A stretch of DNA of 63,715 nt, the filler included, from Octopus bimaculoides (taxonomy: Eukaryota): the NCBI RefSeq assembly GCF_001194135.2. It is 4 parts of 4 records of this genome, joined end to end, with 100 filler letters (N's around TTAATTAATTAA, not from the genome) between each part and the next. Parts side by side here need not be neighbours in the genome. Positions count along the whole stretch, not along the records: positions 62,538 to 63,715 come from NC_068981.1; 3 more parts are not named here. The stretch is one strand, 5' to 3'. Position 1 is the stretch's first letter. Every line of letters begins with the position of its first letter. A model generated the notes under the pieces. It did not search any database, was not told where the DNA came from, and saw nothing but the letters and a program-made list of their open reading frames with translations. A program made the translations under genes and the position numbers. Below, piece after piece: positions 62,438 to 63,715 of the stretch.

Positions 62438-62537
62438 NNNNNNNNNNNNNNNNNNNNNNNNNNNNNNNNNNNNNNNNNNNNTTAATTAATTAANNNNNNN
62501 NNNNNNNNNNNNNNNNNNNNNNNNNNNNNNNNNNNNN
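62438..62537. other. Artificial 100-bp scaffold join with TTAATTAATTAA
   Basis: 44 N + 12-mer + 44 N. Confidence 0.95.
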
Positions 62538-62539
62538 CT

Positions 62540-62973
62540 TTAATATTTTCAATTTCATACTGAAACTATTAAAGTGAGACTATACTCTCACATATATGCA
62601 GGCATACTATAAGACCCAAGTAAAAACATTCCCAACAATTCAACTTCTCTGGTTGACATTAACACCCCCACCCCCAATAGGGGCCTTCATTCCCACATTT
62701 TAGAGCTCCATGAGCTCCATTTTGCAGGAGCAAAATCTTTTTTACAGGTTCCAGAAGACTGAAATTTTGGAATATGCGTATAAAGATCAATAGTATGGGA
62801 TACATGTCTCATGATTAGAATTTTTTTAGGGTGTGTAAAGAGGGAAAGAACCCTCATGTGCAATTTTGATGAAATTCGAATCATATGTATTCCAGTTCCT
62901 TACAGAAAGTATAACAGAAAAGTCTCATTTTTCAATTGCATGTAACACAGGCAACGCCAGGTATCTCTGCTAG
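62540..62973 (+). mobile_element. Probable non-autonomous Helitron 3' part
   Basis: Ends with a decayed hairpin CAGGC-AAC-GCCAG followed by CTAG|T. The 5' end is lost in the gap. Confidence 0.5.
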
Positions 62974-63424
62974 TATATATATATATATGTATGTATGTAT
63001 ATGCATACTCATTTAAGTAAGAAACTTATGTCCAATATGTCCAAGTCAAATCTACATCCTACTACGCTCTCCCCTCTCCATTTGCTCTGTGTTATGTTGT
63101 TGGTAGTACCCAGTACTTCCTATCCTCACCATTTCTGACCTGCTTGTCATCGTTCCCTCTTTCACAAGCCACATATTATTGACACCTATCACTTACATTT
63201 ACCATTGTTCACCTGTTTTATAATTCTCTCTCTACCATCTTTCTATGTCAATCATTTTGTTTCTACCATCATTCTCTTGTTATCTCCACTTACCCACCTC
63301 ATTCTTCTATCACTTCTCTATCCACCCACTTAGTCACTTGCCTTAAGTGAATGAATACATCACAGAACAGTGAAGATTCTTTAGTCTTCACCTATGTTAG
63401 CATAGAAGGTGGACATTAAACGAT

Positions 63425-63715
63425 CATCATCATCATCATCATCATCGTTTAACGTCCGCTTTCCATGCTAGCCTGGGTTGGACGATTTGACTGAGGACTG
63501 GTGAAACTGGATGGCAACACCAGGCTCCAGTCTAATTTGGCAGAGTTTCTACAGCTGGATGCCCTTCCTAACGCCAACCACTCAGAGAGTGTAGTGGGTG
63601 CTTTTACGTGTCACCCGCACGAAAACGGCCACGCTCGAAATGGTGTCTTTTATGTGCCACCCACACAAGCCAGTCCAGGGGCACTGGCAACGATCTCGCT
63701 CGAAAATCCTACGGG
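63425..63715 (-). mobile_element. Young RTE LINE 3' tail
   Basis: Nearly identical to 16040-16263, with a (CAT)n terminus. Confidence 0.9.

Overview
AT-rich, microsatellite-dense eukaryotic DNA from a gapped short-read assembly. The repeat families (tRNA-headed SINEs, RTE LINE tails ending in (GAT)n, pogo, mariner, hAT and piggyBac MITEs) point to an octopus genome; this is an inference. Most of the window is intronic or intergenic and filled with decayed mobile elements. There is no intact long ORF, and no tRNA, rRNA or CRISPR array that I can support. Host-gene traces are isolated exons with good splice signals. (1) A + strand transmembrane-helix exon at 3360-3438, with a phase-compatible candidate last exon at 13638-13722 ending in a PDZ-like -TNV. 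(2) A - strand Tyr/Pro/Gln-rich last exon at 20061-20194. (3) A possible + strand exon at 60511-60656. (4) A GC-rich - strand exon at 61751-61865 encoding GDVIQHIKGLHLGGDCVKACEANVERFWTFLCGAACQ, a C-X3-C-X11-C-X3-C helical-hairpin cysteine framework. Exon 4 is the best candidate for an undescribed secreted toxin or defence peptide. Other notable structure includes minimal hammerhead-ribozyme motifs in Penelope-like repeats, a near-complete POGK/Passer-type pogo, a long-TIR Tc1/IS630-like element, nested MITEs, several fold-back palindromes, and a CpG-retaining domain at about 51.5-62.4 kb bounded by artificial scaffold joins. Coordinates of decayed repeats are approximate.
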